Made by a program: the position numbers and the translations under genes. The notes beneath the pieces were generated by a model. The model had not been told where the DNA came from and searched no databases. It was given only the letters and a program-made list of their open reading frames with translations. DNA of 15,053 bases, from contig CAWVXU010000064.1 of assembly GCA_963934255.1 (NCBI GenBank), forward strand, positions 1-15,053, read 5' to 3'. Shown here piece after piece: positions 14,404 to 15,053 of the stretch. Each line of letters opens with the position of its first letter. The stretch's first letter is position 1. Source of the stretch: an uncultured Fibrobacterales bacterium (GTDB lineage Bacteria > Fibrobacterota > Fibrobacteria > Fibrobacterales > CAWVXU01).

Positions 14404-14983
14404 ATGAATAGAATATTATTATCAGCTTTGACAGGTATGCTTTTTTTTGCTTGTGAAATTTCAAATAAAGAGGGGAGTGTGAGTAATACTCATTCATTTG
14501 ACAATCATAGTGAATTACAAAATGAAGACAATTCAGAAAATCAAAACAATACCTTTGATGTACTTAACCAAGATTCATTAATTTGAAAGCGCTCTGTAGA
14601 TTCTGCCTTAATCGTTGAATTAGAAGATTTACGAATAGGTAGTTTAGCCAAAGTTGAATTGTACTTAGACTTGAATTGTTTTCAAAAAAAAGAATTCCGT
14701 CAGGATCATAAAAATATTCACCCTTTAGTGAGAGCGAGTCAGACCAGGTTTTTTTTGGAAATTGCCCATCAAATGACATTAAGGTTCTAACTATGGTTGT
14801 TATAAACCGGATCTACCGTCTTCTAAATTATTCTATAAAAACCAACCTGTATACAAAGGACAAAGATACCGGGATCCAGTTCCTGACCATAGCGTTGCTG
14901 ATGAAATTGACATCTTCAATTTTATTGAAAAAATAAGTCCTACTGAACATATTCCGATTTACGAAAGTTTTGATATAAAGTAA
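14404..14983 (+). pseudogene. Disrupted hypothetical lipoprotein gene
   Basis: SD AGAGGGA (14391-14397), ATG at 14404 and a lipoprotein signal MNRILLSALTGMLFFA-C. After the in-frame TGA at 14584-14586 the same frame stays open to TAA at 14788-14790. A different frame is open from 14783 to 14983 (GSNYGCYKPDLPS...YESFDIK*) without its own start. The 3' extent is inferred. Confidence 0.5.
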
Positions 14984-15053
14984 GGATGTGTATGTAATAC
15001 TTATTAAATCTATCCTATTAACCTAAAAGCGTTGAAGACCTTGATCTGTGGCC

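Noticed and set aside
14584..14586. TGA recoding (genetic code 4/25 or selenocysteine), since none of the intact genes here ends in TGA
   Set aside because: The nine other long genes contain no internal TGA and use TGG for Trp. The region has further frame disruptions, so a simple nonsense mutation is more likely.
14564..14779. 71-aa minus-strand ORF
   Set aside because: It has no recognisable motif or convincing RBS and overlaps the disrupted lipoprotein gene antisense.
1..15053. Mobile elements, prophage, tRNA/rRNA or defence systems
   Set aside because: I recognised no transposase, integrase, phage, nuclease or structural-RNA signatures. The truncated methyltransferase-like ORF shows no DNA-methylase catalytic motif in the visible part.

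Overview
AT-rich bacterial window, most likely from a Fibrobacterota-like genome (inferred from the carbohydrate-binding module plus beta-barrel cassette; not verified). From left to right: (1) the 3' part of a probable class I SAM-methyltransferase; (2) a PAS-like + degenerate GGDEF gene on the minus strand that keeps the RxxD c-di-GMP I-site; (3) a divergent co-directional run of six plus-strand genes. These encode a NagB-like/PIG-L deacetylase fusion whose deaminase catalytic residues appear lost, a cytoplasmic GH20 beta-N-acetylhexosaminidase, a secreted stand-alone CBM-like protein, and three tightly coupled large outer-membrane beta-barrel proteins, at least two of them clear paralogs. 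A perfect 4 x 9-bp tandem repeat lies just before the CBM gene and a strong hairpin terminator closes the run. (4) Convergent hemF and (5) a disrupted lipoprotein gene end the window. The most notable feature is a candidate non-SusC/D system for handling a GlcNAc polymer (possibly chitin), flanked by two apparent pseudo-enzymes.
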